20,000 bases of DNA from Gonapodya sp. JEL0774 (taxonomy: Eukaryota), in contig JADIIX010000059.1 in NCBI GenBank assembly GCA_027604505.1, positions 116,278-136,277 of the forward strand, read 5' to 3'. Made by a program: the position numbers and the translations under genes. Shown piece after piece: positions 1-10,700 of this stretch (its first letter is position 1; every line of letters starts with the position of its first letter). The notes under the pieces are model-generated. The model was given only the letters and a program-made list of their open reading frames with translations, made no database searches and was not told where the DNA came from.

Positions 1-65
1 GCTTTTCACACTCATTTATTCGCTGCAACGATGCTGATATGAAAAACTATACCAACATATCGCAG

Positions 66-1933
66 TGGAGCCCAAAGGAACGCAGGCATTACGGGAGCCA
101 TCCCAGCTGGCGTTTTCAAGCTTGCCAATCTTCAGAGCCTTCTCTTAAGCGACGATTCCCTGTCCGGTCCCTTAGGGTCGGGGTTGAGTGACATGGTCCA
201 GCTAGTCACTCTGTACTTGGATGGAAACACAAACTTAAACGGAACAATGTGGGTTACGATTGATGCTTAGTGGTGACTAGACCGTAGCAACGATTCGTTG
301 CGGCTTCGTATATGCTGAGGTATTGTTTCGCTTCTCGGATATGCACCACTCCCCCTTTTCAGACCGGACTTGTCCAAGCTCACAAAACTAACCGCTCTGT
401 GAGATCTTCGCGATGTCCATAGATGAAAACTTGCTTGCATGAGCTTATACAGTGTATTCTTGTAGGGATGTTTCCAGCACCGGTCTGAGTGGAGGTATCA
501 GTCTCGCATCGTCAGTGCTTTGTTTTGTTTTCTCCAACACTATGGTGCAGTGAATGCTAACATACAGCCTCCGCTTCCACCCTACGACACTCCTTCAACA
601 GAACAGCTGCAAGCGACTTTTGCTCTCTCGCCAATACCAACCTCTGTCTTGTTGGTGGTAATGTCAACTCTCTTCCGTCGAGATGTCAGACTGGTGGCGG
701 AAGAAGTCTCCCGGCATGTTCGTCGAGCGCCAGTACGGCAACGTCGAAGAGTTCTGGTACCGGGACCGCGTCAGCGTCGTCGACGGCAACAGCAGGCGGA
801 CAAAGCTCCAGTGATACCGGCAGCGGTGGGAGTTCCCTGGGGCCGATAATTGGAGGTGTCGTCGGTGGGTGTTCAGCACAAAACCGATGTATGTTGATTT
901 TTAGACAGAGTACAATCTGACAATTTTAGGTGGAGTTGCTGGTCTTGGCCTTCTGGGCGGCCTTGCGTGGTACTTTGGTCGCCATCGCGGAGCCAAAGAT
1001 AACTCCACAAGTGGCTCGGCTGCAGTTGCGGCGACACCCAACCAAACATACCCTCCTGCAAATGGTCAACCCCAGCTCTACGCTCCACAGTATGGTAACG
1101 CGGTTCCACAAATGGCCGGGATCACGTACTCGAACCAGCCCAATTCCCCCAATACTGTCATGTCCAACGTCCCACAACAAGGGATCTCCCAGCCTAACAG
1201 CGACTCCACCTACAGTGTGGGACAGTACGGCTTTGGTGCTAATCTCTTGGCTGCTCCTGGCTCGATGGCAACCCTCGGATCCTCTCTCTCATCCGGGAGC
1301 ACGAAAGTCAATGAGGTGTACGTGGTCGCTCAGCCATTCTGGGCCACTCAAGAGGACGAAATGACGTGCCAGCAGGGCCAAAAGGTTTTCGTGAGCGATG
1401 TTTTCCCGGACAACTGGTGCAAGGCGTTGAATTTAGAGTCAATGCAGTCTGGTGAGTTCCTATGCCGGTTTCTGAAAGCAATAAAGCTGATATGCCCTTC
1501 ACAAACATCGACGTGTATTTTTTTTTATGTCGATGCACATATGCAGGTATCGTTCCCTTGGCCGTGCTTGTACCAGCAAGCCAGCCCACACTGGTCCAAT
1601 CCCGTATGGCCTCTGGGTCGGTGTTCCAACCTCTTGCCAGGGGCCAGAGCATCGGAGCAGGAAGCGCCATTGTGACTGGAGATCAAGGTATTTCGTTGTG
1701 TTCTGGAGGGCTTTGGACTGCTATGATGAACTTACGTCGTACCACCCCCCGCGCTTCCCACCATGCACCCCTCCACCCCCGAAGCTCTCGTCTCGCTTCG
1801 CAATTACTTGGACATGGGAATTATTAACTCTCAGCAGTATATGACTGGGAGCATGGCCCTGGGTAGCAGCACAGCGATTGGAATGCACGGCGATGTTAAG
1901 GGACCAGGGACACCAATCGACTCCAAAAAATGA
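66..1933 (+). CDS. LRR-TM-SH3 receptor-like protein, copy A (5' part lies upstream of the window)
   Basis: Exons 66-248, 363-398, 466-510, 602-864, 930-1451, 1547-1687, 1785-1933, all with GT-AG boundaries at positions matching copy B. Translation gives LRRs (GITGAIPAGVFKLANLQSLLLSDDSLSGPL; LVTLYLDGN; IPDLSKLTKLTALDVSSTGLSG), Cys cap DFCSLANTNLC, S/T stalk, TM IIGGVVGGVAGLGLLGGLAWYF, SH3 VYVVAQPF..QEDEMTCQQGQKVFVSDVFPDNWCKALNLESMQSGIVPLAVL and tail ALVSLRNYLDMGIINSQQY...HGDVKGPGTPIDSKK*. Confidence 0.88.
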
Positions 1934-2946
1934 TCGGCGCAATCATCTAATTATGATCTGGGTTATTTTTGGACTGGAGAGGGTGAGCACAATGCATTGA
2001 TCGCTGTTGCATGGAATTATCAGAAAGTGAAGCAACCGGAGTGTTGCTGGAGTGAGAACAACTAAATTGGATAAGCACAACGCAAAAGTGAACATGTACA
2101 TGATATCACTACACTGCAACCCGAACGGATATGCACGTACGATTTTCTACTCTCGCTCGCGGATTCATCATGCAATGAGAACCACTTAGCCAATTTGCTG
2201 GTGTAATCCACTTCGCAAATTTCACACAACCGTTCAGCATCTGGGTGATGAGTTCTACAAAGCGCTTTTTTGCCGCGATACAGATACCTTCGACAGCTGA
2301 TCTCTCGGCCAAGTGTGCGGTGCCACTTCCGGAAGCACCGGGTGCACCAGCCTTCCAATACGTAACGGTCATGGTGACCACGTCTCTCATCGAATTCTTC
2401 CCATTACTACATGTAATTGAATTAGCACATAGAAATGAGATTACACCTAAGCTCCTCTATCATTTGGGTCTTGTATCGGCTTCGAATCATTTATGAATCT
2501 TCGTTCATTGTCATATTGTTTCATGTTCATCCCACTTCCTACACCGCCTGGCACCTCAGCGAAGAATGTCCAAGCAAGCATTTGCAGGACGCGGTGCAAA
2601 ACACAGATTGGCGGAATTGACACTTTTGCACTTTCGAAGGATCTTTGCTCCCAGACAAACATTCGACTGTATCTGAGAGCACATTAGCAATGTGATTCAT
2701 AATATTTCTCAATGGTGCACTCCGTAAATCATACAACTTGCGGTGTGTGTGAGCGGTGGGGTCGTGAAAAGTCACACATCAGGCAGGACAGCTGTGGCGT
2801 GGGGAGGCTCAATAAATGAAGGGCGCCGTTGTTTGTTGCCTCAACACCGGGTGGGAAAAAAAGGAAACCAAGTTATTCCTTTCCAACCTTGGACTTTTAT
2901 TGGCACAAGGGCCGGTCCACCGTTCCCACACCCCAAATTCGAAGAG

Positions 2947-5900
2947 ATGCGTACTTCTATCGGGCTTCTGCTTGTTGCGATCGCTGTTGTTGGTGTTCGC
3001 GCACAAGCACCGGCGGACTGCGTTTCCATTTTCGCTGCCTTCCGTGCAGGAAACGTGACTATCACACCGGCAGCGGCGGCAACGGACTGTTGCGAGTTTC
3101 TGGCGCCGAATGGGCCAGATAAAAATGCGGACGGTTATTTGTAAGTGGCGTCGATGAGCTCAACAAGTTAGTTTGTTCTATTCACACTCACATTTTTTTG
3201 AATACATATCTGTTCGCTCAGTGAGAACTTTGTGGAATGCGCGGGAGGCAGAGTCACACGCATTCAGCTCATTGGATACAATATCGACTCTCTTAGGTGT
3301 GTAAGCTCAATCCATTTTCGATTGTCCCCTCCAGGTCGGGTCTCGAATGAGGAAACGGTGATCAATTTTGTAAAAAGATGTGCAACTGTGCCTGCTATAT
3401 GTCATGTTTTCTGACGACCTGTTCCCTTACAGTTATTTCAGCAATCTCACCGCGCTTACCCTTCTCACCGTGCACGATAATCTCATTGCCGAACCGCTGC
3501 CCTCTTGGCTGCCGAACCTCGTCAACCTAGAGAAACTCAATCTCAATGACAACTTCATAACAGGAACTACTGGGGTGCTGGGTCAGCTCAGGAAAACGAC
3601 GTACATGTGAGTTTTCTGGAGCGACTGGAATCCGTGGATGACCAGTCGAGATTTCTTTGCCTGTTTCCACAACTTTCCACTCAATTTCAGTGACGTTTCC
3701 GGCAATCTTTTGACTGGCAACCCTTCCTGGCTTGCGACCTCCACACAGCTGTCGACGATGTAAGGACATTGAGTTTGACATACTTCCATAATTATATCGG
3801 TAATCATCTTGCTGGGGATTCTCTATCAAAGCATCCTCGAAAAGAATCAGCTTGTAGGTCTACCCTTCTTTCACCACCAGAACATGGAAGACCATGCATT
3901 CTTGGAAACTAACGCGATGCTGTCTCCTTCAGTCTGGCACATTCCCTGATATATCTGGGCTCACGAACCTCACATCGCTGCGAATCGGTGACAACCAGTT
4001 CACAGGAGCCTTGCCCAGTACCACAAGTTTCCCAGCGCTTCTTACATAGTGAGTTGAGTTTTAATCGGTGGCCGCTGGAGGAATCACGAGTCCCTTTCAG
4101 AATTCCGGTGGGGTAGCTGACCGGAATCCTCAACTCGCAATCGTTTTCGGGTGAAATTCCTAGCTCCGTGTACTCAAACAAGTTCACAGGTGAGATCTCT
4201 GCGATTACCCAATCCGCGCTCTTGCAATTTTGACCAAACATTGTCTGTGCAGGCGCGATTCCCGCCCTCACGAATAACCCACTTCTCATAACTGTGAGTA
4301 ATTCTAGGCACCCTTGTGAAGTTAGCTGCGACACTATCTGCTCTGAACCCTTTGCACCACGCACTGTTTCTGATAGTTCAACGTGAACAACAATTCTCTC
4401 ACGGGATCGTTGCCCGACCCCTCGAACTGCCCCAAGCTGACGTACTAGTGAGTTTCTGCGTCTTAATTGTATCTCGCTCATCGTGTTCAAATCGTTATCT
4501 AACGGCAATCACGTCTCCTCCCTGGTCGCAGTGGAGCGCAAAAGAACATAGGCATCACGGGTACTATCCCAGCTGGTGTTTTCAAACTTGCCAACTTGCA
4601 GACCCTTGTGCTCTCCGATGACTCACTGTCCGGTCCCCTGGGTTCCGGGTTGAGTGACATGGTCCAGTTAAGCACTCTGTACTTGGATGGAAACACAAAA
4701 CTAAACGGAACAATGTGAGTTGGAATTGATGCTTCGTGCTATCAGGCTGTGCCAGCGATTTCGCTTTGGCTATGTGCCATGCTGAGATGTCGTTCCTGTT
4801 CCCAATGTCCACAATCCCCGCATATTAGCCCTGACTTGTCGAAGCTCACAAAATTAACTGCACTGTGAGATCTTGGCGAGTCACATAGATGGGACTGATT
4901 GTTTGAGTTTACATTCGATTCTTGCAGGGATTTGTCCGACACCGGCCTGAGTGGAGGTATCAGTCTCGCATCGTCAGTACATCGTTTTGGTCTCTAACAC
5001 CTGGTGAAGTGAACGCTGACATGCACCCTCCTCTTCCGCCCCATCAATCCTCGTCAACAGGACTGCTGGTACTGATTTCTGCTCTCTCGCGAATACCAAC
5101 CTCTGTCTTGTTGGCGGTAATGTCAACTCTATTCCGTCGCGGTGTCAGACTGGTGGCGGTAAAAGTCTCGCGGCATGTTCGTCGAGCGCCGGTACCGCAA
5201 CGTCGAAGAGTTCTGGCACCGGGACCGCGTCAGCATCGTCGACGGCAACAGCAGGCGGGCAAAGCTCTAGTGATACCGGCAGCGGTGGGAGTTCCCTGGG
5301 GCCGATAATTGGAGGTGTCGTCGGTGAGTTTTCAGCAAGGATCCGCTGTGTTTGAGCTTCCAGAAAAAACTATCCCAATTTTAGGTGGAATTGCTGCGCT
5401 TGGGCTTATTGGTGGACTTGCATGGTACTTTGGTCGCCGCCGTGGAACCAAAGAGGCTAATTCACCTCCCTCTACGGCACCTGGAGGACCGCCCAGCCAG
5501 CCTTACGCTCCCTTGGATGGTCAATCCCAGTTCTATGCTCCCCAGTACGGCCAGCCCGTTCCACAAATGCCTCCAGTCTCGTACGCAAACTCCCCTTACT
5601 CTCAAGGTTCTATGTTATCAAATGTCCCACAGCATGGCTCGCCGCAAAACAGTGGGTCTCTTTACAATATGGGACAATATGGCTCCCAAGTTCATCTGAT
5701 GGCTGCTCCTGGCTCGATGGGCACCCTGGGATCCTCAATTTCATCCACGAGTACAAAGGTTAACGAGGTTTATGTTGTCGCGCAGCCATTCTTGGCATCG
5801 CAAGAGGATGAGATGACGTGTGAACAAGGTCAGAAGGTGTTTGTGAGCGATGTGTTCCCCGACAACTGGTGCAAAGCGTTGAATTTGGAGTCGATGCAGT

Positions 5901-6362
5901 CTGGTGAGACTATTGGCGTTGACCAAACGCAATGAAGGAACCATATGATAACAGCCAAACCATCACAATGCATTCACACGGTGTAGGTGTGGTTCCACTT
6001 GCTGTGCTCGTACCAGCTAACCAGCCCGGTATGGTTCAATCACGAATGCTGTCTGGGTCCATGTACCAACCTCAGGCGCGAGGTCAGAGTATCGGAGCAG
6101 GAAGCACTATTGTGTCAGGAGATCAAGGTAATCACTGAGTTTACCCATAACTTGATGTGTGTTTGTGCCTCTTAAACCCCCAACCTTCCGCTATTCGCCA
6201 TCTGAATTTTCAGCCCTTCTGTCTCTCCGCAACTACTTAGACATGGGAATCATCAATTCTCAGCAGTACATGTCTGGTAGCACAGTCCTTGGTAACAGTG
6301 CGGCGATTGGAATGCATGGAGATGTGAAGGGTCCCGGGGCACCAAGCGAGTCAAAAGAATGA
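2947..6362 (+). CDS. LRR-TM-SH3 receptor-like protein, copy B (complete, 16 exons, ~707 aa)
   Basis: Exons 2947-3140, 3222-3296, 3433-3606, 3691-3759, 3832-3853, 3933-4048, 4164-4189, 4253-4293, 4377-4447, 4532-4714, 4829-4864, 4928-4972, 5061-5323, 5385-5903, 5987-6127, 6214-6362. They sum to 2124 nt in one open frame with GT-AG introns. Signal peptide MRTSIGLLLVAIAVVGVRA; N-cap DCC..VECAGGRVTRIQL; LRRs such as LPNLVNLEKLNLNDNFITG and ISGLTNLTSLRIGDNQFTGALP; TM IIGGVVGGIAALGLIGGLAWYF followed by GRRR; SH3 at about 5765-6012. Confidence 0.9.
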
Positions 6363-6722
6363 TCGGTCCTGTCGTGCGTGGTTATTAGGACGTTGGAAAG
6401 GAGAGTGTTTTGAGGTACAGAGCAACGGACACAAATTTGGACCACATTTTCTATGTTCCAGTAAATATTACAATATCGGAACACCCACTTGTAGTCCTCC
6501 ATCATACTGGTAGCCCAAGCGTTACCTGCTTCTTCGGACATCTTGTGTATAACATTACAAGATTAAGATCACTCAAAGAATCATATATCTGCATATGTAC
6601 TAGGGTTCGGGTATCAAACCAACGAATCCAGCTCCATGACATAAAGAGATTTCATAAATGCTTCATAGAAAAGGACGAATCATCTTCAAACCTCAGGCGA
6701 AGTATCCTTTCACGCTACCTTC

Positions 6723-7550
6723 CTATCCTGTTACAGACTCCAAAGCCTCCCGGGGCACTAATCCGACACGTCCTTTTGTAAGATTTGCCACCTTCACCCA
6801 AGGCTCTGAAATGTCACTATCGTAGCTTAATGCAACGCGGTCACCGATATCCAGTTTCACGTGCCTCCTTCTTCTGGGAGTAAAGGCCAGAATAGCAACG
6901 TGTGTTGGGACGTGAGGGAATATAGACGGCTCGCCTGCGTTTGCGCGGTTATCATACTCCTCGTCTGATGTCGTGATTGGGTCTGGTGTGACAACTTGCA
7001 CGACCGGCCGGCGGAACTCGGTGAGCGATGGGGTTGTGACATAAATGATGGAGCTGCTACGCCCCCGGTCAGACCCCGTAGATATGATGGAACTCCTTGT
7101 GGGAGATCGGGGAGTGCTGTCGTCCTCCGCCGGGCTCACATCCCCAGTGGTGGATTGAAGCGTTAAAGAAGGGGTGTGAGATGAAGTGGGGACCGAGGAG
7201 TTTCCAAAGAGAGTGGAACTCCGGCTATTGGGACGGGAATCGGGGGGTCCGCTTGTCGGTGATGTTGGTGTGGTGGTCGTGGGTCGTTTGAGATGTTTGA
7301 GATTGTTGTGCCCATTATCCAGGGTCGCTGCCGGCTCATCGACATTCTCCGGCGAGAGAACCGCCGTTGTTTGAAGCGCAGTTCTTTCTACATCTCCTTC
7401 TGGGGGTCCACTGGAGTCTCTTGCTCGCTTTCTTCGAAGCAAACAACGGTAAAGTCCAAACAACGCAAGACAAACGAATAGTCCAATCGCCAACGGCAAT
7501 AAGATGGTGAGTCCAGTTGAATTGTTTTCTGAACGCGTTGACTCGTCCAT
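6723..7550 (-). CDS. Single-pass membrane protein with a C-terminal SH3-like domain (intronless, ~275 aa)
   Basis: The listed ORF opens at TTG 7613; the first ATG is at 7550 (MDESTRSENNSTG). It is followed by hydrophobic helix LTILLPLAIGLFVCLALFGLY, a basic stop-transfer RRKRAR, a long S/T/P-rich region and the SH3 pattern HVAILAFTPRRRRHVKLDIGDRVAL...PWVKVANLTKGRVGLVPREAL. An additional upstream exon cannot be excluded. Confidence 0.78.
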   Translation of the reverse strand: MDESTRSENNSTGLTILLPLAIGLFVCLALFGLYRCLLRRKRARDSSGPPEGDVERTALQTTAVLSPENVDEPAATLDNGHNNLKHLKRPTTTTPTSPTSGPPDSRPNSRSSTLFGNSSVPTSSHTPSLTLQSTTGDVSPAEDDSTPRSPTRSSIISTGSDRGRSSSIIYVTTPSLTEFRRPVVQVVTPDPITTSDEEYDNRANAGEPSIFPHVPTHVAILAFTPRRRRHVKLDIGDRVALSYDSDISEPWVKVANLTKGRVGLVPREALESVTG

Positions 7551-7788
7551 CTTTGAGAGTGCCAATGCTGCGATCGAGATCAAGTCTGGGTCACGGTTGT
7601 TATGGGGGGACAAAACTGCCTCCTGAAATTGCCGCCAGGTATGAGAAATGTGTCAGGCCCATTGAAACCCATCATTTTTGTGACTTTGTTTATATGTAAT
7701 TGAATTACAGAATTTCAATAGATAAGATTGATGGATCTGGGTCTGAATTACACACATCTCATCATCCCTTCTTTATCCAAGCTGAAGG

Positions 7789-10700
7789 TTAATATTGTCC
7801 AACTGGTGCACCAGGTCCTTTCACATCCCCGTGTCCCATTGCAAATGAGCTGTTACCGAGGACCCTGCTCCCTGTCATGTACTGCTGAGAGTTGATGATG
7901 CCCATGTCCAAGTAGTTCCTGAGGGAAGCAAGAGCTTGTTCTCCGGTGACAATAGTACTACCAGCTCCAACACTTTGACCTCTTGCATTGGGTTGATACA
8001 GTGACCCAGACATCATACGCGATTGTACTATTGATGGCTGGTTAGCAGGTGCAAGCACTGTCATGGGAACAATTCCTATCGACGGGGAACCGACAAGGCC
8101 AACAAAGTCAAAATTAACGCGCGAATCGACAGGATTGTTCACAAAAAGAAAACATTTCAGGTCAGCGTACCAGACTGCATGGTCTCCAAATTCAACGCCT
8201 TGCACCAATCGTCCGCAAACACATCACTAACGAACACTTTTTGTCCTTGCTGACAAGTCATTTCATCCTGCTGCGATGCGAAGAATGGCTGCGCCACCAC
8301 GTACACCTCGTTAACCTTCGTGCTCCCGCTTGAAGTTGACGACCCTACGGTGCCCAATGAACCGGGAGGAGCCAAGAGGCGAGCTCCGGAGCCATATTGC
8401 CCGGTGCTATAAAGGGAGCCACTGTTCTGAGAGGAACTTCCTTGCGGTGGAATGCTGGATCCCAATGAACCCTGAGAGTAGGGAGAGTTTGGGTACGAGA
8501 CCGGTGCCATTTGCGGAACGGGGTTATTGTACTGTGGAGCATAGTACTGGGTTTGGCCATTTGGAGGAGGGTAAGTTGGGTTGAGTGGTGCTGAAGTCGA
8601 GGCACCCGAAGGGGTATCCTTTGAAGCTCCACGACGGCGACCGAAGTACCACGCGAGGCCTGCGATGATTCCAAGAGCAGCGATTCCACCTGAGCAATAT
8701 TCGAATGGCAATGGTGAGAAGCCAAAACATTGATGCGGGACTGCACAAATAAGCAGATGCGGGAACACCAAACTTACCAACGACACCGCCAACAATGGCA
8801 CCAGTCGAACTTCCACCCCCAGAATTCGGAGTTCCACCCGCAGGACCCTCGGAGCCAGACGCAGCTGCTGTCGCTGTTGCCGATGATGACGATGTCTTGG
8901 CGCTTGTCACTGAAGTGCTTTCAACTTTTGCAGTGGAAGTTCCGGAACTTGCAGTCGTTGCGGCGCACGCAGGAAGGCTAAGCCCGCCTCCCGTTCGACA
9001 AGATGATGGAATAGTGCTAATACTGCCACCAACAAGGCAAAGGTTGGTGTTGGCAAGAGAGCAGAAATCGCCACCAACGTTTCTGGACATGGGCAATACA
9101 CATCGAAGATTCAACTCATGTCAGTTCTCGGATCCGATAGAAGTCTGCGCCCGCCCTAGTACTCACGACGCAAGTAGAATTCCACCACTGAGGCTCGTGT
9201 TGGACAGGTCCCTGAACAAAAAGGAGAAAGGTTGATGAGGCGGCGATCATGCGACAACCTCGCATCAAAGGATTTCTCACAGTGAGGTCAGCTTTGTCAG
9301 CTTAGACAAGTCCGGACTGAAGAAAGGACGGTTTTAGGGTGTAAAGGGAACAAAACGAGTGTTCAGCGCAGACCCCAACTGCAGGCATGGTCCCTGATGA
9401 TTCATGACCAAAAACCCACATTGGTCCGTTAAGCCCAGTGTTTCCATCCAACCATAAAGTTACCAGTTGTGTCATATCACCCAGACCTGATGGGAGAGGT
9501 CCCGACAGCGAGTCGCGGGACAGGGCAATAGTCTTCAAGTTCGAGAGAGTAAAGAGACCAGGCGGGATCGAGCCAGTAACGCCCGAGTTGCGTTGAGCTC
9601 CACTACAAAATGCAAGATGTGGTGTGAGTGGATTAGGCGTTCAGCAGATTCAGAGGCACATGTCCAGGTAGTTCCATAGACCAAAAAATGGGGCCAAAAC
9701 CCACTAGTACGTCAATTTAGGGCAGCCTCCGGGATCAGGCAAAGAACCCGTCATAGAATTGTTGTTGACATTGAACTGTCGAAAGCAACGTTAATCCGAC
9801 GACGTTGGAGCAAACCTGAATGAAATCAGGTAAGACCTAACGGCACTCACTGAAATAAGAAGCGGATTACTGGAGAGAGAGGGAATAGCACCTGTTGAGG
9901 CAATCGTGAACATCAAGTAAGATGTAAGTACCGCAGGACAGAGTCCGAGGTGGGCTCACCAGTAAATCCGTTCGAATACATGGAGCTTCGAAAAGTCAAT
10001 GCGGAAGCGGACACGGTATTAGTCACCACCAACGATTTGCCATAGGGCGCCAGAAGAAGAGAGAGTTTCTTCCCTCTAACAGCAACCTCTCCAACTCACT
10101 ATGCAACGAGGGCTGGGAAGTTGGTGGTGCTGGGCACCGGCCCAGTAAACCCGTTCTGACCAACATCAATATAGCTGAGGTTTCTCAGTTGCGAAATGTC
10201 CGGGAAGGTCCCAGACTGGAGGTGAGGAAGCAAGTCACAATGAAATTCTGGTGCAGGTTGTTTTATCGCCCGAGTCATACACTACTTACGAACTGGTTGA
10301 CGTCTAGGTAGCTGCATGATTGAGAGGGATCAGAGATATGGCCACAAAACACATGCAACGATATCTTACATCGTCGATAGCTGGGTGGAGGTTGAGAGCC
10401 AAGCCGGATTACCGGTAAAGCCGTTGTTGGACAGGGAGCTACGAAAGAATAATACAAAATAAATTGATTCAACCAATGAGCGCACCGCTTCGACTGCGTA
10501 CTCACACGTAGCTCAATTTCGGCAGAGTGCCTAAAACCTCTGTGGTGCCTGTCATTCTGTTGTTGTCGAGCACCAATTTGTTCAAGTTCGTCCAAGTCGA
10601 CAGCCACGAAGGAAGTGGTTCTGCGATGAGATTATTACGAACATTGAGGAAAGTGACAGCGGTGAGATTGGCGAAATAACTGAAGGGGGGTGGGTGTGGT

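Noticed and set aside
520..849. Paired ORFs 520-849 and 4922-5308 with similar Arg-rich translations
   Set aside because: They are off-frame readings of the duplicated stalk exon. The similarity comes from DNA paralogy, not from a separate protein.
2062..2390. Cys/His-rich minus-strand ORF (WCTRC...LCRTHH...LCEIC) vaguely like a LIM or zinc finger between copies A and B
   Set aside because: Ligand spacing does not fit a LIM domain, there is no ATG or convincing splice structure, and no counterpart is seen near the other copies.
3909..4508. 199-aa minus-strand ORF
   Set aside because: It is antisense to LRR exons 6-9 of copy B, has no recognisable motif and is not preserved in copy C.
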